Below the pieces are notes generated by a model, which was not told the DNA's origin, searched no databases, and worked only from the letters and a program-made list of their open reading frames with translations. From Octopus vulgaris (taxonomy: Eukaryota): DNA of 64,000 nt. Shown in pieces: positions 40,127 through 53,268 of the stretch; positions within the stretch are counted from its first letter, which is position 1, and each line of letters begins with the position of its first letter. The position numbers were made by a program, and so were the translations under genes. The stretch is from positions 59,396,001-59,460,000 of the forward strand of contig OX597825.1 in the NCBI GenBank assembly GCA_951406725.2, in the 5' to 3' direction.

Positions 40127-43092
40127 GTAAGTTTTTCTTCCTTTTTTTTATATGTTTATTATCAGCACCACATACTTTAGTGCGGCTGGAATATTTTGAT
40201 AAACCATATTGCATCCATGTCTTTGTCAAATTCGTCTTCTCTTAAATACCAGTCCTCTGGAATTCTTGCCCTGCCCGTTTTTCATATCACTCGACTGGCT
40301 TCCGTGCAGGTGGCACGTAAAATGCACCAATCCGACCGTGGCCGATGCCAGCCTCACCTGGCACCAGTGCAGGTGGCATGTAAAAAGCACCCACTACACT
40401 CATGGAGTGGTTGGCGTTAGGAAGGGCATCCAGCTGTAGAAACATTGCTAGATAAGACCGGAGCCTGGTGCAGCCTTCTGGCTTCCCAGATCCCCGGTCG
40501 AACCGTCCAACCCATGCTAGCATGGAGAATGGACGTTAAACGATGATGATGATGATGATATTCATTTACAATTTCAAGATCATTAACCACATGAATCTCA
40601 CTGGTCTCAGGACGGCCTGTGAAAGCTACAAGCATAGCGACCTTCTCTCTAGGCACTTCATTTTTTTCTGCATTCTCTTCCACTTTTTCCCCCATTTTAT
40701 CCTTCTCTTTTTTCCTTTCCCTCTTTGCCGTTCTCTTCCCGTTTCCCATTACATAATAACGTTACTATTAAGAACGACAACTCTTTGCCCAGAGTTACTT
40801 CCCTTAAAAACATTTTCGAACTATTTTCGATTATCGGCCTTACATCAAGATGTATTACTATACATATGTATGTACATATATATGTGAGTATGTGGTGCGC
40901 AAATGTTTATACAAGTATGTAATTAGAAAAGTAGTATTTTTTCACCATTTCAATTATGGTTGTACGATTTCAGTTTTCAATAATTTTTTTCTACGTATTT
41001 CATATCGAAAGCTTCGTATTTTGTATGTAGTTTATATTACAAAACTTTGTAAACCATGTTTTGAAATGTGAAGGCAGGTGGCTTTGTGGCAGACTGTTGC
41101 ACTCATGATCGCTAGATCGTGGGTTCGCTTCCCTGAGTGAGCAGCACGTTGTGTTCTTGAGCAAACCACTTCACGTTGCTCCAGCCCGCCTTTCGGTGGT
41201 GGTGGTGGAATGCTGGACCTGCTTGCCTAGCCAGCAGGGTGGTGTCATTTGAAGGCTAAAACAATGCTAAATGCATTGTGACCAGCGATGTGTAACAACA
41301 ACTGACAGCCTGGTTGGTCACTTGATCACGTTATTTCGAAAATATGAGATTAACTATCATAGTTTATCTTATCAGAATTTTGTAATCGCTAAACAACACT
41401 CAGATCAAACTGTAGTTATAGTTTGTCTTTTATTATCACTATGTGGTCAGTATTAACATTTGGTATTTTTATAGGTGCAGCTGTGGCTGTTAGTAAGAGG
41501 TTTGCTTCCCAACTACCTGGTTCCAAGTTCAATCCATCTGCATGGCTCCTTGGCCAAGCGTCTTCTATAGCTTTGGGCTGATCAAAGCCTTGTGACTGAA
41601 TTTGGTAGAAGCAAATTAAAAGGAGCACATCATATATATATATATATATATATCATCATCATCATCATCCAGTGTTTCAAATCTGGATTTTGTCCCCGTT
41701 AATAGGGATGACTGGATCTACCTCAATGCCATAGCAACCGAGGTAGGCAGGTGTAGCCCACTCCATCCTTGGGGCTGGCTAGTGCCCATTCTCCTCTACT
41801 TTCATGATGCTTTTTTGGAGCTGGATTTTCTATGGGGAGCCTGCCCTTGCTTACCCCCGACTTCAGTTTCTAGACATGACTGGTCCCTGAGACCAAGGCC
41901 TCTACCACAAATTTTAAGAAATGTGGTGGAAAACTAGCTCAGGAAAGCAGAGACACTATTCCCTGGGGCCCCTTTTTGGAGCCCCCCCCCCACCTATATA
42001 TATATAAAAGCCCTGCCAAAACAAACTGAAGCCTGGTGCAGTCTTCTGCCTAACCAGTCTCTCCGAAACCATCCAAGCCATGCCAGTATAGAAAACTGAT
42101 GTTAGATGGTGATGATGATGATGATGATATATCCTTTAAGCATTTGAGTATGCACATGAAAGTACCTGTGTTATGTCAGCTACAGCTTAGTGATTCCAAA
42201 GTTGCAACAGCAGTTTTATGGGATCATACCAAGCTGCATTGATATAACATACAACAAATATAGTAGTAATAATAGTTATCCAAAGATGGAATTTATAAAT
42301 ATTTTGATGTATTGCTTCGCACAATTTCACAACAGTTTGCGTTCAGTTTCTGTCTATCAGATTCAAAGCTTTAGTTAACCTGAGTCTATTGTAGAAGAAA
42401 TTTGCCCAAGGTACATATCATGCTGTAGAACTGAACCTGGTACCATGTGGTTGGGAAGTTAACTTCTTACCACACAGCCACAATTGCACCTGATGTAAAT
42501 GTGAAAAAAAAAAAAAAAAGTTCATGTAATATTATGTTAAACTTGTTATCCTCATTTGTAACTACAATGACAATAATAAGAATAGCAATAACAACAACTA
42601 TAAATTAGAACATAAAGATAAATTTCAGCTTGCAAGTTTGGTGGTGGTGTGCATGTGTGTATATCATGATCATCATTGTTTCACGTCTATTGTCCATGTT
42701 GGCATAGGTTGGACAGTGTGACCAGAGCTGGCAATCTGGGGAGCTGCACCAGATTCCAGTCTGATTTGGCATTGTTTCTACAGATTGATGCCCTTCCTAA
42801 CATCAACCACTTTACACAATGTGCTGGGTGCTTTAATGAGGCACCACACGAGTGATTGTTACAAGACACTGCATTGTGTGTATGTGTGAAGCTGAAAGAA
42901 TGTGTGTCTGAGTTTAGCAAAAGCCAGGTACTAATGATTAGGTCATTGACCACGGTCAAGTGGAGATGCATCAAATATTTGCATATAATTGGTAGGTGCT
43001 GTGCTACGTAGCCACTCACATTAAACCCAGGACTAAATTACTGTGGCTTGATATTTTGCTTATGTACATTAAAAAGAGGGAAGTGTTGTTAA

Positions 43093-43314
43093 CCTTTTCG
43101 CTACTGTATTTATTTTGAGATGCTCTGTGTTTCTTTCAATTAATTTTAAATATAGCAAAGAATTTAGTAAAATAACTTCATTATCATTAAGCTAGTGTTA
43201 GGAACATTAATTGTGACTAAGGTATAGTGGAAGATTTTTATTCAAAACTTATGAAAACAAGACATTTGTACTACAGAGCCAGAGCCAGTTTCAGTCGGGT
43301 TGGTAACGAAAGGG
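43093..43314. mobile_element. piggyBac-type MITE (TTAA TSD)
   Basis: TTAA|CCTTTTCGCTAC ... GTAACGAAAGGG|TTAA. Related copies at about 27930-28750 and 44408-45810. Confidence 0.8.
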
Positions 43315-44139
43315 TTAAATAGCAGTAAGGGGTTTTTGAAAGAGCCTTAGAAGAAAGAGAAAGGGCAGGAAATGAAATAGTTTAAGAACTGCTATATTGT
43401 GCTGATAATCTTATTCTTGTGTTCATTATTTATAATGTGAAGGCACATGGCTTAGGGTTTATGGTAATTGGCTTATGATCATAAGGTCATGTGTTTGATT
43501 TCTGGTGAAGTGTTGTGTCCTTGGGCAAGACACTTTATTTCATGTTGCTCCAATCCACTCAGCTGGCGAAAATGAGTTGTACCTGTATTCTAAAAGAGCC
43601 TGCCTTGTTGCATTCTGTGTCATGCTGAAGAATCCCCAAGAACTGTGTTAAGGATATGAGTGTCTGTGGAGTGCTCAGCTGCCTGCATGTTAATTTCCTG
43701 AGCAGGCTGTTCGGTTGATCTGATCAACAGGAACACGTCTCGTCATAACTGGCAGAGTGCCAGTTTATTTATAACATCAGTAAAATTTTGAGCTGGCAGA
43801 ATCTTTAATGCATTAGACCAAATGCTTAGCAACATTCATTTCAACTCTTTAAATCCTGAATTCAAATACCATTGAGTTCAGTTTCACCTTTCATCTTTTT
43901 AGGGTTGTTAAAATAAAGTATCAATCAATTACTGGGGTCGATGTAATTGGCTACCCTCTTCAACTAAAACTGTTGACCTTGCATCAAAATTTAGACTTGT
44001 TATTTATAACATAAATATAAATTCATGACCTGTGTTTGATAGAACCTTACTTTTGTTCTATGATATTTACTATTTAAATTATCCGATGTCAATTAAACTG
44101 TATCTTTGTAATTATTTATCTATTTTTGTTTTCCTACAG

Positions 44140-44226
44140 GCAAAGGAACGTGAACTTGAGTTGAAAAACCAGTGGTCTCAAAACAAAATGACCAAACGAC
44201 AGACGCAGGCAAAATATGGCTTTTAA
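44140..44226 (+). CDS. PRCC: PRCC last coding exon
   Basis: TTCCTACAG|GCA; AKERELELKNQWSQNKMTKRQTQAKYGF*, the diagnostic PRCC C-terminus (KHQITYL...QTQAKYGF). The joined CDS is 1293 nt and in frame. Confidence 0.96.
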   Translation, partial: AKERELELKNQWSQNKMTKRQTQAKYGF

Positions 44227-44407
44227 GAGTTGACTAAAGAATCATAGCTGATGAAATTATGAACATTCATTAAAGAAGCAATGCGCAATTTACATGATTA
44301 ACATGTGATGCTGTGGATTAACATGACTGACATGTAAATTAATATGTAAAGCTACATGATTTATATATAGACTTGTTGTTGAGTAACGTGGAGAATTGTG
44401 AGTGTGC

Positions 44408-45810
44408 TTAGCCCTTTTGATATCAAACTGCCAATGACCATCCCTAGTTCTAAACCTTTTGTTGCTGTATTTCTTCTGAAATACACTGCCTCTGTTTCAA
44501 TTAATTTTTAAAATAGTGGAGAATTTATTAAAACACCTCTGTCATTTTAAAACTAGTGTTTGGAACATAAATTAACATGAAATTTTGATAGAAGGCGCAG
44601 GAGTGACTTTGTGGTAAGTAGCTTGCTTACCAACCACATGGTTCTGGGTTCAGTCCCACTGCGTGGCACTTTAGGCAAGTGTCTTCTACTATAGACTCGG
44701 GCCGACTAAAGCCTTGTGAGTGGATTTGGTAAACGGAAATTGAAAGAAGCCTGTTGTATATATGTATGCATGTGTATATGTTTCTGTGTCTGAGTCTGTC
44801 CCCCCAACATTGCTTGAGAACTGATGCTGGTGTGCTTACATCCCTGTAACTTAGTAGTTCAGCAAGAGTGACTGATAGAATAAGTACTAGGCTTACAAAG
44901 AATAAGTCCTTGGGTCGATTTGCTTGACTAAAGCTGGTGTTCCAGCATGGCCACAGTCAAATGACTGAAACAAATAAAAGAAAGTTAAAGAAAAGAAAGA
45001 AGTTTTTAAACTACATCACTTTAAAACAGGGAATTTGCATAATAGAACTAATGGTAGTCTCAGACGGGTTGGTATCAGAAGGATTAAAATACTCTTGATT
45101 AAAAATCTCCACTGAAATTTCATCTTAGTTTATGTTCCAAACATCATTTTAATAATGACAAAGTAATTTTACTAACTTCATTATTTAAAAAAAAAAAATG
45201 TAATTAAAACAAAAGCAATGTGTTTCAGTAGAAATGTGGTGACAAAAGAGTTAATGCCTTCGATACCAATCTGACTGAAAATGCCCCTGGTTGTATGATA
45301 CTAACTTCTTGTTTTACAGTGGTCTAAAACTTTCCATCAAAATCCCATATTTATCTTATATGCCAAACACCATCTTACTAATGACAAAAATATTTTACAA
45401 AATTTTTCATCATTTCCAAAAATTAATTAGAATAAAAGGCAGAGTGTGAAGTATATTTGCCACTTAAATGTGGTTAACCACTGAGGGTGGATGCTACTGT
45501 AGCTTGTAGCCCCAGGAGAAAATCTTCTCCAGCTGGCTATTGACACACTTTCTGTGCCCTATCAGTATTTGCAAAGGGAAGCCATATTAGTAGTACTACT
45601 ACTGATAAGGGACAGAAAGTGTGTCAATAGTCAGCTGGAGAAGATGTCCTCCTGGGGCTACAAGCTACAGTAGCATCCACCCTTAGTGGTTAGCCACATT
45701 TAAGTGGCAAATATACTTCACATTGTTGTGCAGCTACTGTTTATACCTTGTTCAGAGATTTATTAAAAGGCAGAGTATTTTAGCCGAAATATGGTAGGAA
45801 AATGTTTAAG
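44408..45810. mobile_element. Cluster of three TTAA-MITE copies (one +, two -) with a nested family-A SINE and a nested fold-back element
   Basis: The shared core GTGTTTGGAACATAAATT..CATGAAATTTTGAT occurs in the + orientation at 44408-45087 and reverse-complemented at about 45095-45253 and 45251-45810. Confidence 0.65.
45446..45763. mobile_element. Fold-back insertion (~120-bp inverted arms plus unique tail) with 13-bp TSD
   Basis: Arms at about 45445-45567 and 45600-45722; direct repeat TAAAAGGCAGAGT at 45433-45 and 45764-76. Confidence 0.82.
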
Positions 45811-46368
45811 AAACAGGTAACGTGGATATTCAACATGAGAAGTTGTTTGGTTCCTTTTCTTGCATTCAACATGTTGGCACATGTTGGTATTTGAATATCC
45901 ATGGTTGATGTATTCACTGGTGGAGGCTTGACTATTTACTACCAGTATTAGAGTGTTCACTAATGGGTATCGTAAATGTTCATTAAATGTTCATCTGTCC
46001 TCGTATTTCGGTAAACATTTTAGCAGATGAACTGTAAATATTTAACAACAGACTGCTGTAAAACCTACCCTATTTCACCTGGGAATACTGACATTGGTAT
46101 TGTGAAAGTTTCTTAGAAGCATTATGGATGAAGTATTAAATACATTTTTTGCGTATATGTACATGTATCAGAATTGAACATGAAAAGAAAAAAAGAGAAA
46201 AAGAAATGGAATGCAAAGAAACAAAAAAACAACTGAAAAAAAACATGAAAACAGTTTTGATATATCTCACAAAATATAAACTTCACTTTACAAAATCTGG
46301 AGTTTTCTTTATGTTCATTGTGTTTTTTTGAGAGATTTGTATGATGTTTGGTTGTCTCTAGATTCAAA

Positions 46369-46498
46369 TGCTGCTGCTGCTGCAACTACTACTACTACTA
46401 CGACTACTACTGCTACTACTACTACTACCACCACCATCACCACTACTACTGCTGCTGCTACTACTACTAACACCACTACTACTACTACCACCACTGTG

Positions 46499-46556
<58 letters not shown>

Positions 46557-46720
46557 TTGTGACTACTACTACTACTACCACCACCACTACCACAACTACT
46601 ACTACTGTTACTACTACTACTACTACTACTACTTCTACTACTACTACTATGTCATTGTTACCATCGACATCATCGTTGTTGTCATCATTGTCATCAGTGT
46701 CGTCGTATCATTATCATCAT
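46369..46720. repeat. (ACT)n-rich compound trinucleotide microsatellite
   Basis: Directly visible; explains the poly-T and poly-V ORFs. Confidence 0.95.
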
Positions 46721-46906
46721 TATTGTAATCCTTTTCTTCTACCTCTTCCTCGTCACCATTGTTTTCATGTCCGTATGTTTTTCTGTGCTGGCGTGGTTTC
46801 AGTAGATTTCTGAGACAGTGTTTCATGGTTGGATGCTATACCCAGAGCCAACCCTTTAAGTTGCTTCCAACAGCATGCAATGTTATGGTGTTTTCTCTCT
46901 CTCTAT

Positions 46907-46953
<47 letters not shown>

Positions 46954-47778
46954 TGCTCAAGTTTCTGTAGAGATTCCATCTACCAAATTTCATTCACAAG
47001 CCATTGGTTGTAAGAGAAGGCACCAGCCAACAGTATCCATGCTGAGGGTCTGAACCTCCAACTATATGGTACCTAAATAAACTTCTTAACCATGCAGCCA
47101 CTGTGTGTGTGTGTGTGTGTGTGTGTGTTGGATGGCGATTGGCTGTATTGAGTTCATCTGCTCTTTGACAGGTTTTGTTTTTCAGGTTGCTGGGTCTCCA
47201 ATGAAGACCACCATCCTTACCAAGCAAGCTCGATAGAGTTGTTGGTTTAGTCACCAACAGCTTAACAGTGCAAAATGTTGGACTGGGTTACATGTTAGCT
47301 GTAGCATTAAAAGTATGATAACCCTAGTTTTCGTTTAGACATTTCTCTTGGAGAAATGTTTAGACTTTTATCCAAGAGAAATGTAAAGTTCTGGTGTAAC
47401 ACCTGTGATTTCATTTGCATTGAATGGTGTAGACTAGTTCTTCATTTTGGGCAAATGTGTAGATTGATCAGAGGTTGGGATTGGCCCTTTGCAAGACCTT
47501 TCATCACTTTAAAAAAAGCTTCAGCCACAAGCATCATGTGTTTTTTCGTATCTCTATGATATGATGCACACTGTTGTTACCTGTATCCAAGAAAGGCAAA
47601 CATTCAATAAAAAATTCTATGATGGAATGAAGGTATATATCAGCATGGGTAATAAGCTCTCTGAACACCTGCTGTGTAAAAGAATATTACTCTCTAAAAA
47701 GACTGAAACGCCACATCCATGCTTCCCGTGTTTAAAAGAACAATCAGGCATTGATATTACTTGAAATAAAGAAAATTG

Positions 47779-47993
47779 AAGGCGGTGAGCTGGCAGAAAC
47801 GTTAGGATGCCGGGCAAAGTGCTTAACGGTATTTCATCTGCTGCTACGTTCTGAGTTCAAATTCTGCCGATCCTTTTGGGGTCAATAAATTAAGTACCAG
47901 TTACGCACTGGGGTCGATGTAATCGACTTAATCCGTTTGTCTGTCCTTGTTTGTCCTCTCTGTGTTTAGCGCCTTGTGGGTAGTAAAGAAATA
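47779..47993 (+). mobile_element. SINE family C with 15-bp flanking direct repeat
   Basis: Family C head; GATATTACTTGAAAT at 47753-67 and 47994-48008. Confidence 0.85.
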
Positions 47994-48529
47994 GATATTA
48001 CTTGAAATCAAATTATGGCCATCTTGTATATATATGTGTGTATATATACACATGTATGCACAAACGCACAGTTTAAAGAAGATTTGTACTGTTAGTCCTG
48101 ACACTACAACTTCATTAAGGCTAGTAGCATGATTAAATTGCTCTTAGTTTTAAACTGATTGATTATAAGGAAGGCAGCCATCCATAAAATAAATACAGAA
48201 CATGAGATAAACTACGACCATGAAAATTGGTGGCCCTTTGCTGCTGTGTGTGGCAGGTGACAAAGAACTTCAACAAGTGGGGAGATACTCTGAAACCTGT
48301 ATAACCCATGTGAGTATGAAAATATGAGCATAAAATAAGGATATATAAAAGTGTGTTATATGCAATTACGCATGGAAGAGACATATTAACCATTTGAACA
48401 CACGCTAAAGCTATTAGCTTCTCTTAATCGTTTAGTTATACTCTTTTATACTCTTTTAATCATTTCAGTTTGAGAGTTGCAGCTATGCTGGAGCACTGCA
48501 TTAGTTTTGCTACACTTTCATTACTTTAA

Positions 48530-49093
48530 TTCTTCTCTAATATCCACATTTAGTGATTGAGGGAGTTTGGTGTTATTGCCCTCATTTACATATTCTGACA
48601 CTTGGTTGGAGATCCAGTTTTGCTTTGAAGAACTCACATGAAAAAAGTAAAAAGAGACAAGTAAAAATATGTACGAGGAATTGAGATAGATTGAAAGAGA
48701 CAGGATCCAAGGCAGTGAAAGAAAAAGAAAACAAGAACCAAAAATGCGTTTATGAGGGTCAATAAATACTTTTCTATTTAAGGATCTTAGCCAGATTAAG
48801 ATTCTTATGTGGAAAAGTAATTATTGATTCTCATAAAAGCTTTTCTGATCTATTTCTCTTTATTTGTTCCATTTTTACTCTCCTTTTCTTTTTCTCTCAA
48901 TGTCTTGGATTCTGTCTCTTTCAATCTATCACTATTCCTAGGGCATATTTTAACTTGCCTTCTTTTACATCTTTTTTACTTCTTTTCATAGATTTTCAAA
49001 ACAAAATTGGATCTCCTACTACGTGGCAGGAAATGCAAATAAGAGCGGCAATATCAAGATCCCTAATTCACTAAATGTTACATATTAGAAGAG
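48530..49093. repeat. Old, diverged ~560-bp palindrome (fold-back MITE-like)
   Basis: Paired segments include GATAGATTGAAAGAGACAGGATCCAAG vs CTTGGATTCTGTCTCTTTCAATCTATC, and TTATGAGGGTCAATAAATACTTTTC vs GAAAAGTAATTATTGATTCTCATAA; centre at about 48792. Confidence 0.75.
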
Positions 49094-50159
49094 TATTCAT
49101 ATACCTATCCTCATACACACACATATATAGACAAAATTATCTTATTCTACTTAAGGGAGGGGCTTCTCCCTCTCAAACTCCTGAATTCATTTCCTACATA
49201 CATATATGCCTTTTCGTTGGTAATGCTTTTCTGTATACAAATATAAATGCACACTATATAAGTATGAATACATATGAGGATATATGTATATATATATATG
49301 TATATATATATATTTGCATGTGTAGAAATATGTATACATACAAATATATGTGCATACCTGTATGTATGCATATGTGTGTGTATAAATTTATTAAAGAAAA
49401 AATATCACAATTTACAGGTTTACAAATCTGTTCCGATCATTTTGATCTCCAAACTTGTGTTTGAAATATATGTTTGCAATTTGAAAAAAAAATGTTGAGA
49501 ATACCGTTAAAAAAAGGAAGGAAAAATCGAAGAATGAAGGAAAGAAGAAAATGTGTCAACGAAGATATGAAAGTGGAGGTTAAAAAAGGGTGATTATATA
49601 TATATGTAGGGTGGTGGTGAGTTGCCTCTGAGTGAAAAAGTATGACTATTTCACTGTATATTTTGAGAGAAAATAAAAACAAGAAAAAAAAAACGACTAC
49701 AACCATTTACGGTATATATATAAAAATGAAGGGATGAGCTAGTATGGATGTAGACTATAGAAATATGTAGTAAAGAACTATATAAGGAAAAAAAAAATAT
49801 ATATGTTAAAACATTGTTGAAAAGCTGATAGTTAAAGTAGTGTTGAAAAATATTGCTAGAAAAAAAAGAAACCTACTGAGGAAAAGTGTTGAACAATATC
49901 GAGACAGAATATTTTAGAGGAAAATAAAAAAAAAAGAAAGAAAGCAGGAACATCTATTTAAAACCTATTAAAAGTTTAAAAGTTTAAATTTACTATTAGA
50001 CTAGTGAAAAGTTTGTACAATGTCTTCAAGTTTCGGGGAACAGGTGTTAAGAGAGACGTAACAAACAAAATAATTACTTTAAGGGTGTTTTCATAAGGAA
50101 TATATGTATGTATATATATATATATATATATAAATATATATAAATATATATATATATAC

Positions 50160-50219
<60 letters not shown>

Positions 50220-50989
50220 TAAATATATATATATATGTATATGCATGTATTCATATATATGTATGGATATCCATGTGTGTGTATATATAATATATATATA
50301 TATATGTAAATATGTGTGTCTTCACATACACACACACACGAACATGTTTGTGTATGTACTTATGTGTATATGTTAATGTATATTACATAGATGTGTACAT
50401 GTAAAATTGTACGTCTATGTGTACACATACAAGCACACACACACATGTAAGTCTATAGATATATATTTATGTGTAAATCTATATGTATATGTACACCCAC
50501 ACACAAAAGTACACATTCATATACATACATATAATGTGTGTGTGTGTGTATTTACATATCTATATATGCATCCTCTCATATTTACCTCCCTCTCTTTTTC
50601 CCTCTCTCTCTCTACATATATATGTGTGTGTGTATATCACTATAAGTACATGCTATATGTACACTTCTGTAGGTATATCTATATATTTACATATATGTAT
50701 GATTGTGTCTGTATATGCCACTGCATTCATATGTACATCTGTTCCTATATGCATACCTCTTTAGGCATGTATCTGTACGCATGTTTCTATGTTCTCCTGG
50801 TACTAAAATTTTCGAATTTCCTTCCAATGGAAGCTGGTTCCTAACCCAGAAGCAAAGTGTTTTCCATTGGAATTTAGACAATATCAGCAAGTTGTGTGTG
50901 TGTGTGTGTGTGTGTGCGTGCGTTTGTATGCGTGTGTATACACACATGTATAAATACTTACGTACACACACATGCATACCTATCTACTT

Positions 50990-51027
<38 letters not shown>

Positions 51028-52594
51028 GTATGTACGTATTTACAAATGTAGGCATCTCTGAATGTTAACACATTTGTCTCTAAACGTGTGTATATCTCTT
51101 TACTCTTTTACTTGTTTCAGTCATTTGACTGCGGCCATGCTGGAGCACCGCCTTTACTCGAGCAAATCGACCCCGGGACTTATTCTTTGTAAGCCCAGTA
51201 CTTATTCTATCAGTCTCTTTTTGCCGAACCGCTAAGTAAACACACCAGCATCGGTTGTCAAGCAATGCTAGAGGGACACACACAGACACACAAACATATA
51301 CACAAATACATAAATACATATATACGACAGGCTTCTTTTAGTTTCCGTCTACCAAATCCACTAACAAGGCATTGGTCGTCCCGAGGCTATAGCAGAAGAC
51401 ACTTGCCCAAGATTCCACGCAGTGGGACTGAACCCGGAAGCAAGCTACTTACCACACAGCCACTCCTGTGCCTATATGTACATATTATATACTAATATTT
51501 TGTAGTTTCTTACAACCTTAAATAGGTTGTAGCCATACATCTCTAACAGTATTGTTTCGTTTACGTCGACGTCACCTAGCGGTTCGGCAAAACGACCGAT
51601 AGAGTATTAAAAATACAATTTATGGGGTCGATTCGTTCGACTAAAACCCTTCAAGGTGGTATCCCAGAATGTTTGCCGTCCAATGACTAAAACCCTTGAA
51701 GGTGGTATCCCAGAATGGTCGCCGTCCAATGACTGATACAAGGAAACGATAATACTTTGTCGTATTATTCCCTCCACATCACTGTTAATCCTTGCTTTCG
51801 TATCCCCAGGATTACCGTCCGCATGGATTGCCTTGTACAAAGTTTTGGTCGCAGTTATACGTCGCAAGCATACAGTATCGTGATGACATTTTCGGACATC
51901 TACTTATGGTATGGATGACAGCTTCCGTAGTAATGCCGTATAATCTGCATTGGTTGAGAGGCAGGTTTACTTGTAGTTCTATCCCTTTCAGATATCAGGT
52001 ATTCTGCTGTTTTACTTGTTCCAATATGCCAAACGGATATTCTTCTTAGTGGGAGAGAATATCTCGGCAGTTAGTCCAAGATAAACTATTCTGAGAAAGG
52101 AGAGGAGGAGAAGAAAAGGAAGATATAAAATAAGGAGAATAAGCAGAATAAAAAGAAGTAAAGAAATAAGGAGAATAAGCAGAAGAAAAAGAAGTAAAAA
52201 AATAAGGAGAAAAAGAAGAAATAGGAAGAATGTAGAATAAGAGAAGAAAGGGGAAAAGAAAGAGATGAAGAACAATAAGAAGAACAACAACAAGCCATCC
52301 TTGAATAGGTAGAGTTAATTTACAACCAAAAAGGGTTCCAACTCGTAATAATCCCATCTTATTTTTTTTTAGCTATATCTTATTTTTCTTTAAGCTGTAG
52401 GGTGTGATTTACAGTAATTCGAGCGAACGAATTGAGGATTCCTTTTTGACTCGTTATTAGAGAAATATTTTCATATTGCTCGTGTTATATGCACATTTTA
52501 CGACAATGTGACGTCTCTGAAAAGAAGACTGGCATATAACAGCCATGTCGAGATAAATAGATATGGCTCAACTGACGTGTTATAGTGCAGCTTC

Positions 52595-52595
<1 letters not shown>

Positions 52596-52632
<37 letters not shown>

Positions 52633-52743
52633 GGATAAATACATAAATGTGAAACAAGGTGGAAAAATATACGAGTACTCAAATACCAGTGGTAGAAATA
52701 TGCTGGAAAGAGTATATATATATATAGATATATATATATATAT

Positions 52744-52791
<48 letters not shown>

Positions 52792-52792
52792 T

Positions 52793-52870
<78 letters not shown>

Positions 52871-52874
52871 TGTT

Positions 52875-52947
<73 letters not shown>

Positions 52948-52994
52948 GTATATATTTATATATATATATGTATATATATATATGTATATATATG

Positions 52995-53067
<73 letters not shown>

Positions 53068-53068
53068 G

Positions 53069-53108
<40 letters not shown>

Positions 53109-53178
53109 TGTATGTATATATGTATGTATATATATGTATGTATGTATATATATATGTATGTATGTATATATATATATG

Positions 53179-53228
<50 letters not shown>

Positions 53229-53268
53229 TATATATATATGTATATGTATATATATACACACACATATA
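52596..53268. repeat. Long (TA)n/(TATG)n microsatellite
   Basis: Directly visible; similar tracts at 50100-50310 and many other sites. Confidence 0.95.

Noticed and set aside
44269-44274. ATTAAA as the PRCC polyadenylation signal
   Set aside because: Plausible, but such hexamers are abundant in this AT-rich DNA and no clear downstream element distinguishes it.
45595-45635. Possible hammerhead in the 45.4-45.7 kb fold-back (CTGATAAGGGACAGAAAGTGTGTC)
   Set aside because: The core lacks GA in both arms and stems I-III cannot be paired convincingly.
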